Notes under the pieces: model-generated
The model's database searches: none
Told to the model about the DNA's origin: nothing
Seen by the model: only the letters and a program-made list of their open reading frames with translations
In this document: piece by piece, positions 38,614-48,281 of the stretch
Position numbering within the stretch: the first letter of the stretch is position 1
Layout: each line of letters begins with the position of its first letter
Position numbers and translations under genes: made by a program
Assembly: GCA_964409875.1 (NCBI GenBank)
Contig: CAYPEN010000004.1
Location: forward strand, 107,784-171,783
Origin: an uncultured Gammaproteobacteria bacterium
Lineage (GTDB): Bacteria; Patescibacteriota; Microgenomatia; Levybacterales; GWA1-39-11
DNA: 64,000 nucleotides
Direction: 5' to 3'

Positions 38614-39486
38614 GTGAGATCTATTAGGTTTAGTTTTATTATCTACTTTTTTGTTCTCTTACTTGTTTTGTTTTTTCCAATGCAAAGCTTTGCCGCTTCT
38701 GCAACAACGAGTATAAATAACCAAGCTTCTTCATATAATGAATCTTCCGAAATCACAATTCATACAGTAATAAACATAAGTGCAGCAGACGGAACAAATT
38801 ATTTTTTAGGAGGAGCTTTTCGTAAGGGAAGTGGTAATTATTGTGGATTGACGAATGTAGATGGTAGTTGGGTAAAATACGGTAGCGATGGGAATAAGTT
38901 TTTTAAGATAACGATACAAGACAATAAATGGGAAGGTGATGTAAAAGTAAAAATTGATTCCAATGATTCAAGCTGCAAAGAGTCTGGTGACTATAAACTA
39001 AAAATCAAAAGGTACACGGAAAATTCTGAAACCTTTGATGACCAAACGGAACTTACTTTAAATTTCTCGCTCCCGACACCTACTGCCACTCCTACAAATA
39101 CTCCTACTCCTACCCAAACCCCCACACCGACTCCAAAGCCAACCAGCTCTCCGACACCTACACCAACTGCTTCTCCTACTCCGTCGCCAAAAACAACAAG
39201 CACACCGACACCTAAAATTACAACTGATCCAAGAACCCGTGAAGGAGGAAGTGAGTCGGCTCTCATGCAGACTCAAACAGACGCCGAACCTACACAGGGA
39301 ATATTGGGTGCAAATGCGAATTTTGCGAATGCACAATCCGAAATACCTACGACTACCGCTCAGAATTATAATTGGGGTGCGCTTTTAATTGTTATGGGAA
39401 TAGTTCTTGTGACAGGTAGCTGTGGTATACTCCTGTACAATAATTATAGGAAGAATAAAACCGAGAGCATAGAAGCGGCTCCTTAG
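38614..39486 (+). CDS. Surface protein with PT-repeat linker and C-terminal TM anchor
   Basis: Signal peptide, (PT)n tract near 39072-39225, ILG motif, TM, basic tail. Confidence 0.75.
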   Translation: MRSIRFSFIIYFFVLLLVLFFPMQSFAASATTSINNQASSYNESSEITIHTVINISAADGTNYFLGGAFRKGSGNYCGLTNVDGSWVKYGSDGNKFFKITIQDNKWEGDVKVKIDSNDSSCKESGDYKLKIKRYTENSETFDDQTELTLNFSLPTPTATPTNTPTPTQTPTPTPKPTSSPTPTPTASPTPSPKTTSTPTPKITTDPRTREGGSESALMQTQTDAEPTQGILGANANFANAQSEIPTTTAQNYNWGALLIVMGIVLVTGSCGILLYNNYRKNKTESIEAAP

Positions 39487-39487
39487 T

Positions 39488-39916
39488 ATGAAAACAATAA
39501 CGAGAAGTCCTGAAGAAACAGAAAAGCTTGGAAAAAAATTTGCGAATGACCTACATCCGAAAGATGTTGTTTTTCTCATTGGAAATTTGGGGAGTGGAAA
39601 AACAACATTCACAAAAGGGATTGCCCGCGGTTTGGGGATAACATCTCGCATAATCTCACCTACATTTACTGTTGTTAGAACGCACCTGACCAATAGTAGG
39701 CAAATTGAAACCCTTTATCATTTAGACTTATACCGCCTTCAAAGCAAGGAAGAGGCATTAGGCGTTGATATTAAGGATTATTTAGAGGATGAAAAAGGGG
39801 TTGTTGTCATAGAATGGCCTGAGATTTCCCAAAATATTGTAAAAGGAACTGTTTGGAAAGTTTTTTTTGAGGATTTGAATGATACACGTTCTATAGAAAT
39901 AAGGAAAGAGCTATGA
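39488..39916 (+). CDS. tsaE: t6A biosynthesis ATPase
   Basis: GNLGSGKTTF, SPTF, YHLDLYRL, VIEWP. Confidence 0.95.
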   Translation: MKTITRSPEETEKLGKKFANDLHPKDVVFLIGNLGSGKTTFTKGIARGLGITSRIISPTFTVVRTHLTNSRQIETLYHLDLYRLQSKEEALGVDIKDYLEDEKGVVVIEWPEISQNIVKGTVWKVFFEDLNDTRSIEIRKEL

Positions 39917-40500
39917 AAAGCAATATTGAGGATGTAATAAACCGGTTTAAGAAAGGCAATGTTGGTATTTTTCCAACAGATACTGCATTTGGAATTGGAT
40001 GTCGAATGGATGATGAGGATGCAGTGAGAAGGGTTTACAGCATCCGGAAACGTCCAACCGATAAATCTCTCCTTGTCTTGGTTTCCTCAGCCGAGATGGC
40101 AAGCGAGTATGTTGACATTGACAGTGAAGTAAAAGAAAAGCTCATTGATACATTTTGGCCCGGTGGATTAACTATTGTTTTTAAATGCAAGAAAGATAAA
40201 GTTCCAGGAGTTGTCAATTCAAATGGACAAACACTTGCGGTAAGATTTCCAAATCATAGGCTTATGCAAGAAATAATCGAAAAAGTCGGCGTACCACTAG
40301 TTGCACCATCAGCCAATTTCTCTGGGGGAGATACGCCCTATACATTTTCGGAAATAGACCCAATGCTTATGCAAAAAGTTGACTTTGTTCTCAATGGTGT
40401 GTGTACAATGAAAGGTGTATCCACAATCATTGATGTTACGAAAAGACCGTGGAAAATAATACGTGATGGGGTGGTAGCTCTTCCAAAACAATATGAATAA
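39913..40500 (+). CDS. tsaC: Threonylcarbamoyl-AMP synthase (YrdC/Sua5 domain)
   Basis: FPTDT.FG.GC, RKRP..K, FWPG.LT, APSAN.SG, STIID. Confidence 0.93.
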   Translation: MKSNIEDVINRFKKGNVGIFPTDTAFGIGCRMDDEDAVRRVYSIRKRPTDKSLLVLVSSAEMASEYVDIDSEVKEKLIDTFWPGGLTIVFKCKKDKVPGVVNSNGQTLAVRFPNHRLMQEIIEKVGVPLVAPSANFSGGDTPYTFSEIDPMLMQKVDFVLNGVCTMKGVSTIIDVTKRPWKIIRDGVVALPKQYE

Positions 40501-40807
40501 ATTGTATATAGATACGCGAAATAACAAAAAAGTAATCGCTCTTCTTGAAAAAGACGGCAAGAAATTCGATGCTACGTCAACCAGCGAAAACCGGCATCCC
40601 GAGTCGATACTTCTACTCATAGAAAAAGTGTGTAATGACGGAGGGATTTCGATTCATGACATAGATGAGATTTATGTCGAGGAAGGACCCGGTTCTTATA
40701 CTGGGCTTAAAGTCGGAGCAAGTGTGGCGAATGCATTAGGGTTTTCGCTTGACAAAAAAATTAATGGCAAAAAATTGGGAGAATTGACAACTCCACATTA
40801 CGAATGA
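40493..40807 (+). CDS. tsaB: Shortened TsaB (YeaZ)
   Basis: 104 aa; LYIDT, GPGSYTGLKVG...ANAL, C-terminal P.Y; follows tsaE-tsaC. Confidence 0.82.
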   Translation: MNKLYIDTRNNKKVIALLEKDGKKFDATSTSENRHPESILLLIEKVCNDGGISIHDIDEIYVEEGPGSYTGLKVGASVANALGFSLDKKINGKKLGELTTPHYE

Positions 40808-40823
40808 AGTAATTATCCTGCCT

Positions 40824-41723
40824 ATGCATATCTTTCACTTTTTTGTTCCTCATCACAAAAATAATCATAGGGCCAAACTTCTTCATAATATTTCTCTTTT
40901 TGTAATAATTCTTGCCGTTGCTTGCAGTAGTTCTTTAGCAATTTTTCTTCACAGAACACATCCGGAAGTATTAGGGATATCCTATCAGATATCCGATATC
41001 GAGCTTCTTAATCTGACTAATTTTGAACGACAGCAAAATGGTCTTCCGCCGCTAGCATTAGATAGACAATTAAGCCAGGCTGCTGCCAATAAGGGGGCGC
41101 ATATGTTCGCGCATGACTATTGGGCTCATTTTGCGCCGGACGGAACATCTCCATGGCAATTTATAAAAGCAGCGGGGTACGACTATTCATATGCAGGAGA
41201 AAATTTAGCAAGAGGTTTTACCACATCCGTTGATGCAGTAAATGCATGGATGAAATCCCCGACTCACAGGGCGAATATTCTTTCTCCTTTGTATAAGGAT
41301 GTGGGATTTGCAATTCGGGAGGGAAGACTTCAGGGAGAAGATACAATTCTTATCGTTGAGGAATTCGGGCAAAGAGAAAACGCAGCATTGACAGATACAA
41401 AATCAACAACTCCTCTTGGCGGGGCAAATACTGTTCAATTAAATGAGCAAGATGTAAAAGGGTCTTATCAAGCGCAGATTCCCCAAGGCGGAGAAATGCT
41501 ACCTCAAAGTTTGTCAAATAAACCTGCAATAGATATAGGAAGTATTGCAAAAGTCCTTACATTTATTCTGCTTGCGGCACTGCTTACTGCGTTGGTGCTA
41601 GACTTTATCATCATTGAGAAAAAACGGATTCCGAGGGTAGTTGGGAACAACATGGATCACATAATACTCATAGCAATATTTATTGCATTTGTGCTAATGG
41701 CAAAATTGGGAAATATAATATGA
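40824..41723 (+). CDS. CAP/SCP domain protein with N- and C-terminal TM segments
   Basis: TN.ER...GL..L, YWAH, AGENLA, WM.SPTHRANIL. Confidence 0.9.
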   Translation: MHIFHFFVPHHKNNHRAKLLHNISLFVIILAVACSSSLAIFLHRTHPEVLGISYQISDIELLNLTNFERQQNGLPPLALDRQLSQAAANKGAHMFAHDYWAHFAPDGTSPWQFIKAAGYDYSYAGENLARGFTTSVDAVNAWMKSPTHRANILSPLYKDVGFAIREGRLQGEDTILIVEEFGQRENAALTDTKSTTPLGGANTVQLNEQDVKGSYQAQIPQGGEMLPQSLSNKPAIDIGSIAKVLTFILLAALLTALVLDFIIIEKKRIPRVVGNNMDHIILIAIFIAFVLMAKLGNII

Positions 41724-41766
41724 TTTTGACAGAACTAGTTCATGGCAAAATTGGAAAATATAATAT
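41697..41766 (+). repeat. 25-bp direct repeat of the CAP gene 3' end
   Basis: ATGGCAAAATTGGGAAATATAATAT (41697-41721) vs ATGGCAAAATTGGAAAATATAATAT (41742-41766). Confidence 0.85.
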
Positions 41767-41778
41767 AAAGAATTTAAT

Positions 41779-42036
41779 ATGAAAAAACATCACGGCCTTT
41801 TATATCTTATAGAATTCCTTTTAATAGGAAGCGGATTTGCCTTCTTACTAAGTGTGCCTCTTCCGTTTTATACACAGCTCTTTGTAATAGGACTTATTCT
41901 CGGCCTTTATATGGTCGTTGGTTTGTTGCATCACAAGACACATCATGATATTAATATTAAGGTTGTGCTAGAATATATGTTAATAAGTGCACTGATTTTT
42001 GCACTTTTTATTTTTCTTAACATTGCACGGCTTTAA
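41779..42036 (+). CDS. Small membrane protein
   Basis: 85 aa hydrophobic; Y...G..HH......KV.LEY. Confidence 0.7.
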   Translation: MKKHHGLLYLIEFLLIGSGFAFLLSVPLPFYTQLFVIGLILGLYMVVGLLHHKTHHDINIKVVLEYMLISALIFALFIFLNIARL

Positions 42037-42042
42037 TTTAAT

Positions 42043-42768
42043 ATGAAAGGTGTTATTCTTGCAGGAGGTTTGGGAACACGGCTACGCCCCCTTACATTCG
42101 TAACCAACAAACATCTTCTCCCGGTTTACGATAAACCGATGATATTTTATCCTATCGAAACACTTGTAAAAGCGGGTATAACTGAAATTTTGATTGTTAC
42201 ATCCGGTCCCCATGTAGGGCATTTTTTGGGAGTTCTGAAAAATGGTAAGGAGCTTGGTGTTAAGCATATAGAATATGCCTATCAGGAAAAACCTGATGGT
42301 GGTATCGCTGATGCTTTATCGCTTGCAGAAGATTTTTGCGATGGGGACAGTGTCGCCGTGATTTTGGGAGACAATACGACCGATGCAGATATTTCCAGCA
42401 ATGTTGAGTCCTTTAATAATGGAGCGATGGTTTTTCTGAAAAGTGTTCCAGATCCTCAGCGATTTGGAGTTGCGGAATTTCACAAAGATGACGCTAGTAA
42501 GATTGCACAAATAATTGAAAAACCGGAAAATCCTCCTAGTAATTATGCTGTAACGGGTCTATATTTTTATGATAATACTGTTTTTGATAAAATCCGGACA
42601 ATCACTCCCTCCGATCGTGGCGAGCTTGAAATTACAGATGTAAACAACTTGTATATAGCTGAAGGCAATCTTCATTGGGCAGAGTTGAACGGCTATTGGG
42701 CTGATGCCGGGACATTTTCAACGCTTTACAAGGTGAATCGTTATTGGGCTGAAAAGAATGAGGGTTGA
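42043..42768 (+). CDS. rfbA: Glucose-1-phosphate thymidylyltransferase (short form)
   Basis: ILAGG.GTRL.PLT...NKHLLPVYDKPMI, LGDN, EKP, RGELEITD. Confidence 0.9.
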   Translation: MKGVILAGGLGTRLRPLTFVTNKHLLPVYDKPMIFYPIETLVKAGITEILIVTSGPHVGHFLGVLKNGKELGVKHIEYAYQEKPDGGIADALSLAEDFCDGDSVAVILGDNTTDADISSNVESFNNGAMVFLKSVPDPQRFGVAEFHKDDASKIAQIIEKPENPPSNYAVTGLYFYDNTVFDKIRTITPSDRGELEITDVNNLYIAEGNLHWAELNGYWADAGTFSTLYKVNRYWAEKNEG

Positions 42769-42801
42769 ATTTTCAAGAAAAATATTTTAAATTTGTAAAT
42801 T

Positions 42802-43248
42802 ATGCCTCTTGCAACAGAAGAGAACGCAAAAAAAGTGCAGACTAAAGACCATTCAGGAAATCCTAATGGTTTTTTAATTGAACTTTTTAAAGACAAGGAA
42901 ACTGGTCAAAAGACAGAAGTGTATCTTACAGCAGCATCTCCCGGCGCTTTTAAAGGATATCATCTCCATAGAGTTCGTGCGGCAAGGTATGTAGCGGTCA
43001 AGGGAAAGATGAAAATTACTCTCTATAAACCCGGAGTCCCTTCTTCCAAAGAAGAGCATATTTTAGATGCCAGCGCAGAATCTCCCGTTCGTCTCTTCAT
43101 TCCTAAAGACATAGCAACCGGACTTGAGAATATAGGTGATGAGGATGCATGGATGGTGAATTATCCGGACCCTGCATATGATCCAGCACTTCTTGACGAG
43201 CAAGTCGAGTACACCGAAGAAGAATTATTACAAGGGGTTGTGAAGTAG
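42802..43248 (+). CDS. RmlC-like cupin, probable dTDP-4-dehydrorhamnose 3,5-epimerase
   Basis: PG.FKG.HLH, L.IP..IA.G..N, Y.P; sits next to rfbA. Confidence 0.7.
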   Translation: MPLATEENAKKVQTKDHSGNPNGFLIELFKDKETGQKTEVYLTAASPGAFKGYHLHRVRAARYVAVKGKMKITLYKPGVPSSKEEHILDASAESPVRLFIPKDIATGLENIGDEDAWMVNYPDPAYDPALLDEQVEYTEEELLQGVVK

Positions 43249-43331
43249 CCCTTTAATCTACGAATTGCTTTCTTTCAAATTTCTTACTTTTTTTTTGCTC
43301 CTTTTTCTTGCTTACGCCATATGCTTTATAT

Positions 43332-43670
43332 ATGAGTCTGAGACAAGTATTATTAACAATCCTCAATATTCTTAGTGCATTCATTGCACTAACTATAGGA
43401 GCACGAATACTTTTTCTTTTACTTGGAGCAAACCAGACAACGCCTGCAATAGTATGGGTGAACGGAATTAGTAATGTTTTTCTTTATCCATTCAGGGGGT
43501 TATTTCAGACGATAATTCTCAATTCACGCTCGGCTATTGATGTTACTGCAATAGTTGGTTTACTTATCTATGCCATTATTTTTTCCATCCTCTACCGCAT
43601 CGTATACATCTTGACCCACGATGAAGTAGGAGCAAGTGTTCGTCCACATCATACCCACGCTGAATATTAA
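43332..43670 (+). CDS. YggT-like membrane protein
   Basis: R.L..LLGAN, PF.G.F, D..AI...Y. Confidence 0.7.
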   Translation: MSLRQVLLTILNILSAFIALTIGARILFLLLGANQTTPAIVWVNGISNVFLYPFRGLFQTIILNSRSAIDVTAIVGLLIYAIIFSILYRIVYILTHDEVGASVRPHHTHAEY

Positions 43671-44908
43671 TTGTGTTTCCCAAAACGTATCGAGTGAGTC
43701 ATGTAAAATTTTATGTTCCGCGCGGCCATTGCTTCCTTTGTAAAGAATTTTTCGACCCGAAGACGACATGCTTTGGACGAGAATTCGCCGCTTAGAATTT
43801 TTGAAACTGCTTTTACTGCTTGATATTTGTTCTGTACGACAAATCCGCATTGTTTTCCTACGATTTCAGGTATCGAGCCTTTTTGTGTGCCTACAATAGG
43901 TGTTCCTGATGCCATAGCTTCGGGCATAACCATACCGAAAGGTTCCTCCCATTCGTTGAGCATTAAAAGTGCGCTGGCTTTACTTAGTAAACTTTTCCGT
44001 TCTTCAGCGTTTACGCCGTTTTCGAAGTGAATAATGTCCTTTCCGTCTACAAAAGGAGCTATTTCATTTTCAAAGTATTCAAGCGATTGTGGTTTTTCCT
44101 CAACGGTCCCGGCTATAACAAGAGGGATCTTGAGTTTTAAAGCAACATAAATTGCGTTATGCACTCCTTTGTCTTTGGTAATCCGGCCTAAATATAGTAA
44201 GAATTTTTCTTTTTTTTCAACATATTCGAATTCATCCAAATCTATACCATTGTAATTAACGCCTATCCACGGCAAAAAAGGCATTTGAGCCTTTTGATTT
44301 TTTGAGATGGCAATAAATCCCAACGACTTTCTATTCTTCAAAAGTGCATAATAATTTTCTTCAAGGCGAGTAATATAAGGGTATCGGAGTGGGCCATGTT
44401 CGGTTCTTACCACCGGTTTTATGTATCTTGAGAACCATACACTATATGCGCGCCCGGCATTTGTATGGTCATGGACAATAGTTACATCATTTCTATTTGC
44501 TACAATTTTTTTATACGCCTGCAGTACATAAATGTGTTCAAGTTTTTCAGCTGCGTATGGGTCTGTTCGAAGCACTTCAAGTAAATTTTCAGAGCTGGAA
44601 ATGTAGTCCGGTGTATAAACTCTCACTCGTTTGAGAGTGTGTTCCATCCTTTTGTTTGCAGGATGGCCGAATATAATTTGCTTTTTGACCTTAAATTGCT
44701 CTAATGCTTTTATATTGTTCAAAACAACATCTTCAATTCCCCCATAGTTTCTGTCGTCGCGCGGTAGCGGAAGCCATAAGGGGCCAATATGAACAATTGT
44801 TGCTTTTTTTGCCCATTCTTTCAACGAAGAATTCAGAAAATCTTCAGGATTAAACAAACGGTAAGATGAGGTATGCATAGCATCATTTGAAGCTAGATCA
44901 TAGTACAA
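43667..44908 (-). CDS. Glycosyltransferase family 4
   Basis: YGGIE, YNGID, LGRI..DKG, WEEPFGMVM.EAMASGTP; start may be ATG 44878. Confidence 0.9.
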   Translation of the reverse strand: MYYDLASNDAMHTSSYRLFNPEDFLNSSLKEWAKKATIVHIGPLWLPLPRDDRNYGGIEDVVLNNIKALEQFKVKKQIIFGHPANKRMEHTLKRVRVYTPDYISSSENLLEVLRTDPYAAEKLEHIYVLQAYKKIVANRNDVTIVHDHTNAGRAYSVWFSRYIKPVVRTEHGPLRYPYITRLEENYYALLKNRKSLGFIAISKNQKAQMPFLPWIGVNYNGIDLDEFEYVEKKEKFLLYLGRITKDKGVHNAIYVALKLKIPLVIAGTVEEKPQSLEYFENEIAPFVDGKDIIHFENGVNAEERKSLLSKASALLMLNEWEEPFGMVMPEAMASGTPIVGTQKGSIPEIVGKQCGFVVQNKYQAVKAVSKILSGEFSSKACRLRVEKFFTKEAMAARNIKFYMTHSIRFGKHN

Positions 44909-45004
44909 AAGTTATGTGAAAATTTCATGTGAATGACGTGAAAAAATCAGCTATTTTTAAGGTTTCCCTATTAAACTTTTCACAGTTAATAATTAAAACG
45001 GGTA

Positions 45005-45038
45005 AACAAAAGAGCGCTTGCAAAAGCGCTTTTTTGTT
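45005..45038. terminator. Terminator-like hairpin between divergent genes
   Basis: AACAAAAGAGCGCTT-GCAA-AAGCGCTTTTTTGTT. Confidence 0.65.
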
Positions 45039-45077
45039 GGTTTTGGTGGGGTTTGACGTTGGTGCTATACTGATTAT

Positions 45078-45527
45078 ATGGACCTACGGGAGCTTGTTCG
45101 CGACTATTTAACCAAAGCGCAAATAATGCAGATAGCAACAGCTCACGACCATCAACCATGGGTTGCAACTGTTTATTTTGCAACTGACATTGATCTCAAT
45201 TTATATTGGATGAGTAGAGCTTCCAGAAGACATTCTCAAGAAATTCTGGATAACCCCAAAGTTGCAGGAGCTATTGTTCTTCCCCATAACTATGGCGAGA
45301 AAGTGCGCGGTATACAATTTGAAGGTACTGCGCGGCAGCTATCAGATGGCGATGCGCAAGCAGGAATAAATATTTATTCGAGTAGGTTCTGGATTGTTGA
45401 AGATAGGGCAACTACCACGGTGGAAGGAGGAGACCAGCATTTTTGCTATCAAATCAGGCCTTCAAAATTTGTACTTTTTGACGAAGTAAATTTCCCTGAT
45501 AGTCCCCGGCAAGAATTAAAACTGTAA
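45078..45527 (+). CDS. Pyridoxamine 5'-phosphate oxidase-like FMN-binding protein
   Basis: M.IAT...QPW.A.VYF, RHS.EI..NP.VA, GIQ.EG.A. Confidence 0.85.
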   Translation: MDLRELVRDYLTKAQIMQIATAHDHQPWVATVYFATDIDLNLYWMSRASRRHSQEILDNPKVAGAIVLPHNYGEKVRGIQFEGTARQLSDGDAQAGINIYSSRFWIVEDRATTTVEGGDQHFCYQIRPSKFVLFDEVNFPDSPRQELKL

Positions 45528-45564
45528 ATTCCCTTAAAAAGTTCGTTTGGTATAATCACTTACC

Positions 45565-46203
45565 ATGGTTGAATCGAAAGAAGGAGAACCCAAAAGAGCT
45601 TTAAATATTGTACTATTGCCGGACGATACGGTAAGAAACAAGGCTCTTACATTTAGTTATCAATTGACTAGGACAAATAGTTCTGCTTTTCAACTCGACA
45701 ACGATTTGCATTTTCCGCACATATCACTTTATCAAGGATATTACCCCGAAAGGAACGTGGATGAGCTTATTTTGAGACTTTTGGATATTACAAAAGAACC
45801 GGAAAATATTTCAGTAAGCATGGATGGCTTCAGTCTGTCGCGAGGTGGATTTGTTTGGTGGAACTGCATAAATACTCCTCAACTCCAGACATTGCATGAA
45901 AGAATTTTAGGACAAGCAAATCCTTTAAGAGAAGGGCTTATTGCACCTAACGTAAGGGATATGATGGGTTCGTTGTCTGATGATGATAAAGAAATGGTTG
46001 AGAGAACCGGGAGTGTAGTAAACGGGGAATTATTTAAGCCACATTTAACCCTTACTCGTCTTACACGCGTTGTGCAAACTCCTCTTGACTGTCTTCAGGG
46101 GTACGATACAAACGTAGCTTTCTTACCAACAATGTTATGTGTTGCAGATATGGGTCAACATGGAACGATATCAAAAATAGTTGAAGAAATCCCATTGAAC
46201 TAG
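45565..46203 (+). CDS. 2H phosphoesterase family protein
   Basis: Two HxS/T motifs: PHISL and PHLTL. Confidence 0.8.
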   Translation: MVESKEGEPKRALNIVLLPDDTVRNKALTFSYQLTRTNSSAFQLDNDLHFPHISLYQGYYPERNVDELILRLLDITKEPENISVSMDGFSLSRGGFVWWNCINTPQLQTLHERILGQANPLREGLIAPNVRDMMGSLSDDDKEMVERTGSVVNGELFKPHLTLTRLTRVVQTPLDCLQGYDTNVAFLPTMLCVADMGQHGTISKIVEEIPLN

Positions 46204-46290
46204 ATCATCATTGTGTTGGCAGAAGAAATCTAAAAATTATCTACGGCAATTAGTTTGTGGACGAAGTGTTTCTTTTGGTATACTGCAAGC

Positions 46291-47304
46291 ATGGCAAAGC
46301 TATTGGTTACGGGTGGCGCGGGTTTTATCGGCTCCAACTTTACCCTTTATTGGGTCAATAAATATCCTGAAGACACAGTTATAGTTTTTGATAAGCTTAC
46401 TTATGCCGGGAACCTGGAGAATCTTACCTCTATAGAAAAAAAGCCAAATTACGTATTTATCCAAGGCGATATTACAAATCCTGAGATGGTTGATAATGCA
46501 ATGGAAGGAGTTGATATAGTTGTCCATTTTGCGGCAGAGTCACATGTTGACAGGTCGATAAAAGAACCTGCCGCTTTTGTGGAGACAAATGTTGTCGGCA
46601 CCCAAATCTTGCTGGATGCAGCGATAAAGCACGAGGTAAAAAGGTTCCATCATGTATCTACAGACGAAGTCTTTGGTGCACTCGCCCTTGATTCAACGGA
46701 AAAATTCAACGAAAACACACGGTATAACCCACACAGTCCCTATTCAGCAAGCAAAGCAGGTTCAGACCATCTTGTTAGAGCGTATTTTGACACGTATGGT
46801 TTGCCGATAACAATTACGAATTGTGCTAACAATTATGGTCCATATCACTTTCCAGAAAAGCTGATACCGCTTGCAATCACAAATATTCTAGAAGGGAAAA
46901 AAGTTCCTGTATACGGAGATGGACTTTATGTTCGGGATTGGTTATATGTTGAAGATCATGTTAAGGCAATTGATTTAGTTCTAAAAAACGGGAAAGTGGG
47001 GGAGACGTATTGTGTGGGAAGTATGACGCAGGATGTTAATAATTTGGAAGTGGTCAAAAAAATACTTCGTATAATGGGCAAGGGTGAGGAAGAAATTGAA
47101 TTTGTTAAGGATAGGCCGGGGCATGATAGGCGGTATGCTATAGACTGGTCAAAAATTCACAATGAGTTCGGATGGCAACCTGAGAATGATTTTGACACGT
47201 GGCTTGCAAAGACAGTTGATTGGTACAAAAATAACGAAAAATGGTGGAAAGATATTAAAAGCGGCGAATATAAAGATTATTATCGGGAACATTATGGAAA
47301 GTAA
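46291..47304 (+). CDS. rfbB: dTDP-glucose 4,6-dehydratase
   Basis: TGGAGFIGSNF, DKLTYAGN, HFAAESHVDRSI, STDEV, YSASKA, DRPGHDRRYA; start ATG 46291. Confidence 0.96.
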   Translation: MAKLLVTGGAGFIGSNFTLYWVNKYPEDTVIVFDKLTYAGNLENLTSIEKKPNYVFIQGDITNPEMVDNAMEGVDIVVHFAAESHVDRSIKEPAAFVETNVVGTQILLDAAIKHEVKRFHHVSTDEVFGALALDSTEKFNENTRYNPHSPYSASKAGSDHLVRAYFDTYGLPITITNCANNYGPYHFPEKLIPLAITNILEGKKVPVYGDGLYVRDWLYVEDHVKAIDLVLKNGKVGETYCVGSMTQDVNNLEVVKKILRIMGKGEEEIEFVKDRPGHDRRYAIDWSKIHNEFGWQPENDFDTWLAKTVDWYKNNEKWWKDIKSGEYKDYYREHYGK

Positions 47305-47307
47305 ATC

Positions 47308-47342
47308 AGAATTAAGAATAAAGAATTACGAATTAGGGATTT
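47308..47342 (+). repeat. Degenerate 7-bp tandem repeat between rfbB and rfbD
   Basis: AGAATTA AGAATAA AGAATTA CGAATTA GGGATTT. Confidence 0.65.
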
Positions 47343-47345
47343 AAA

Positions 47346-48281
47346 ATGAAAATTATTTTAACAGGTGCAACAGGTTTGATAGGAAGCAGGTTTGAAGAAT
47401 TGATGTTTGAGAACAACGAAATAATCCCCCTGTCTTCGAAAGATACACATATACCAAGTTGGGATTCAGTGGCAACTTTTTTTGATTGGAAGGTGAAAGG
47501 TCAGGTTGATGCAATCATCCATTTAGCTGCAAAAACAGATGTTGATGGATGTGAACAAGATAAGGAGGAAGACTTGCGTTTGATTCGAGAGAACGTGGAT
47601 GAAAGGAAAAATACTACATTTCATAATATTGTTTGGAAGCCAGAAGATTGGTTTGGAAGTACATCTGCTTTTGCAATAAATTTCATTGGAACAAGAAACC
47701 TATATGAAGAAGCAAAGCAAAGAGGAATTAAGTTCATCTATATTTCCACCGATTTTGTTTTTAAAGGCAATGGCAGATATGATGAAGAGTCAGTGCCCGA
47801 TCCTATCAATTGGTATGGCATGACAAAATGGTATGGTGAAAGGTTGATTAACGTAGAAAATGACCTCATCGTCAGGTTGTCTTTTCCGTACGGTTATCCG
47901 AGCCCGGTAAAACCGGATTTTATACAAAAGCTTATAGGATTCTTGCGAGACAGGGAAGAGGTATCATTAATAGAAGATCAGACGATAACTCCGACGTTTA
48001 TAGACGATATTGTGTATGGGTTGGATTTTCTTCTCCAGAAAAAGGCTACCGGAATCTATAACCTGACAGGTTCAAGCTTTGAAGACCCATACCACATTGG
48101 ACATATGATAAAAGATGCATTTGGATTTGCTACGAAAATAAACGCAACGACCAGGGAACAAATTTATAAAGGCAAAGCGGAGCGTCCCTTCCAATCAATT
48201 ATGAGAAATGATAAACTAGTACATCTTGGATTTAAGCCAAAAACCTTCGAAGAGGGTTTGAATTTGATAAAAAGTGCTTAA
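47346..48281 (+). CDS. rfbD: dTDP-4-dehydrorhamnose reductase
   Basis: TGATGLIG, HLAAKTDVD.CE, ISTDFVF.G, WYG.TK, DQ..TPT. Confidence 0.88.
   Translation: MKIILTGATGLIGSRFEELMFENNEIIPLSSKDTHIPSWDSVATFFDWKVKGQVDAIIHLAAKTDVDGCEQDKEEDLRLIRENVDERKNTTFHNIVWKPEDWFGSTSAFAINFIGTRNLYEEAKQRGIKFIYISTDFVFKGNGRYDEESVPDPINWYGMTKWYGERLINVENDLIVRLSFPYGYPSPVKPDFIQKLIGFLRDREEVSLIEDQTITPTFIDDIVYGLDFLLQKKATGIYNLTGSSFEDPYHIGHMIKDAFGFATKINATTREQIYKGKAERPFQSIMRNDKLVHLGFKPKTFEEGLNLIKSA

Noticed and set aside
39072-39225. Repetitive DNA as a possible CRISPR or VNTR (also ~29185-29285)
   Set aside because: Codon-degenerate Pro/Thr linker with no repeat-spacer structure; no cas genes in the window.
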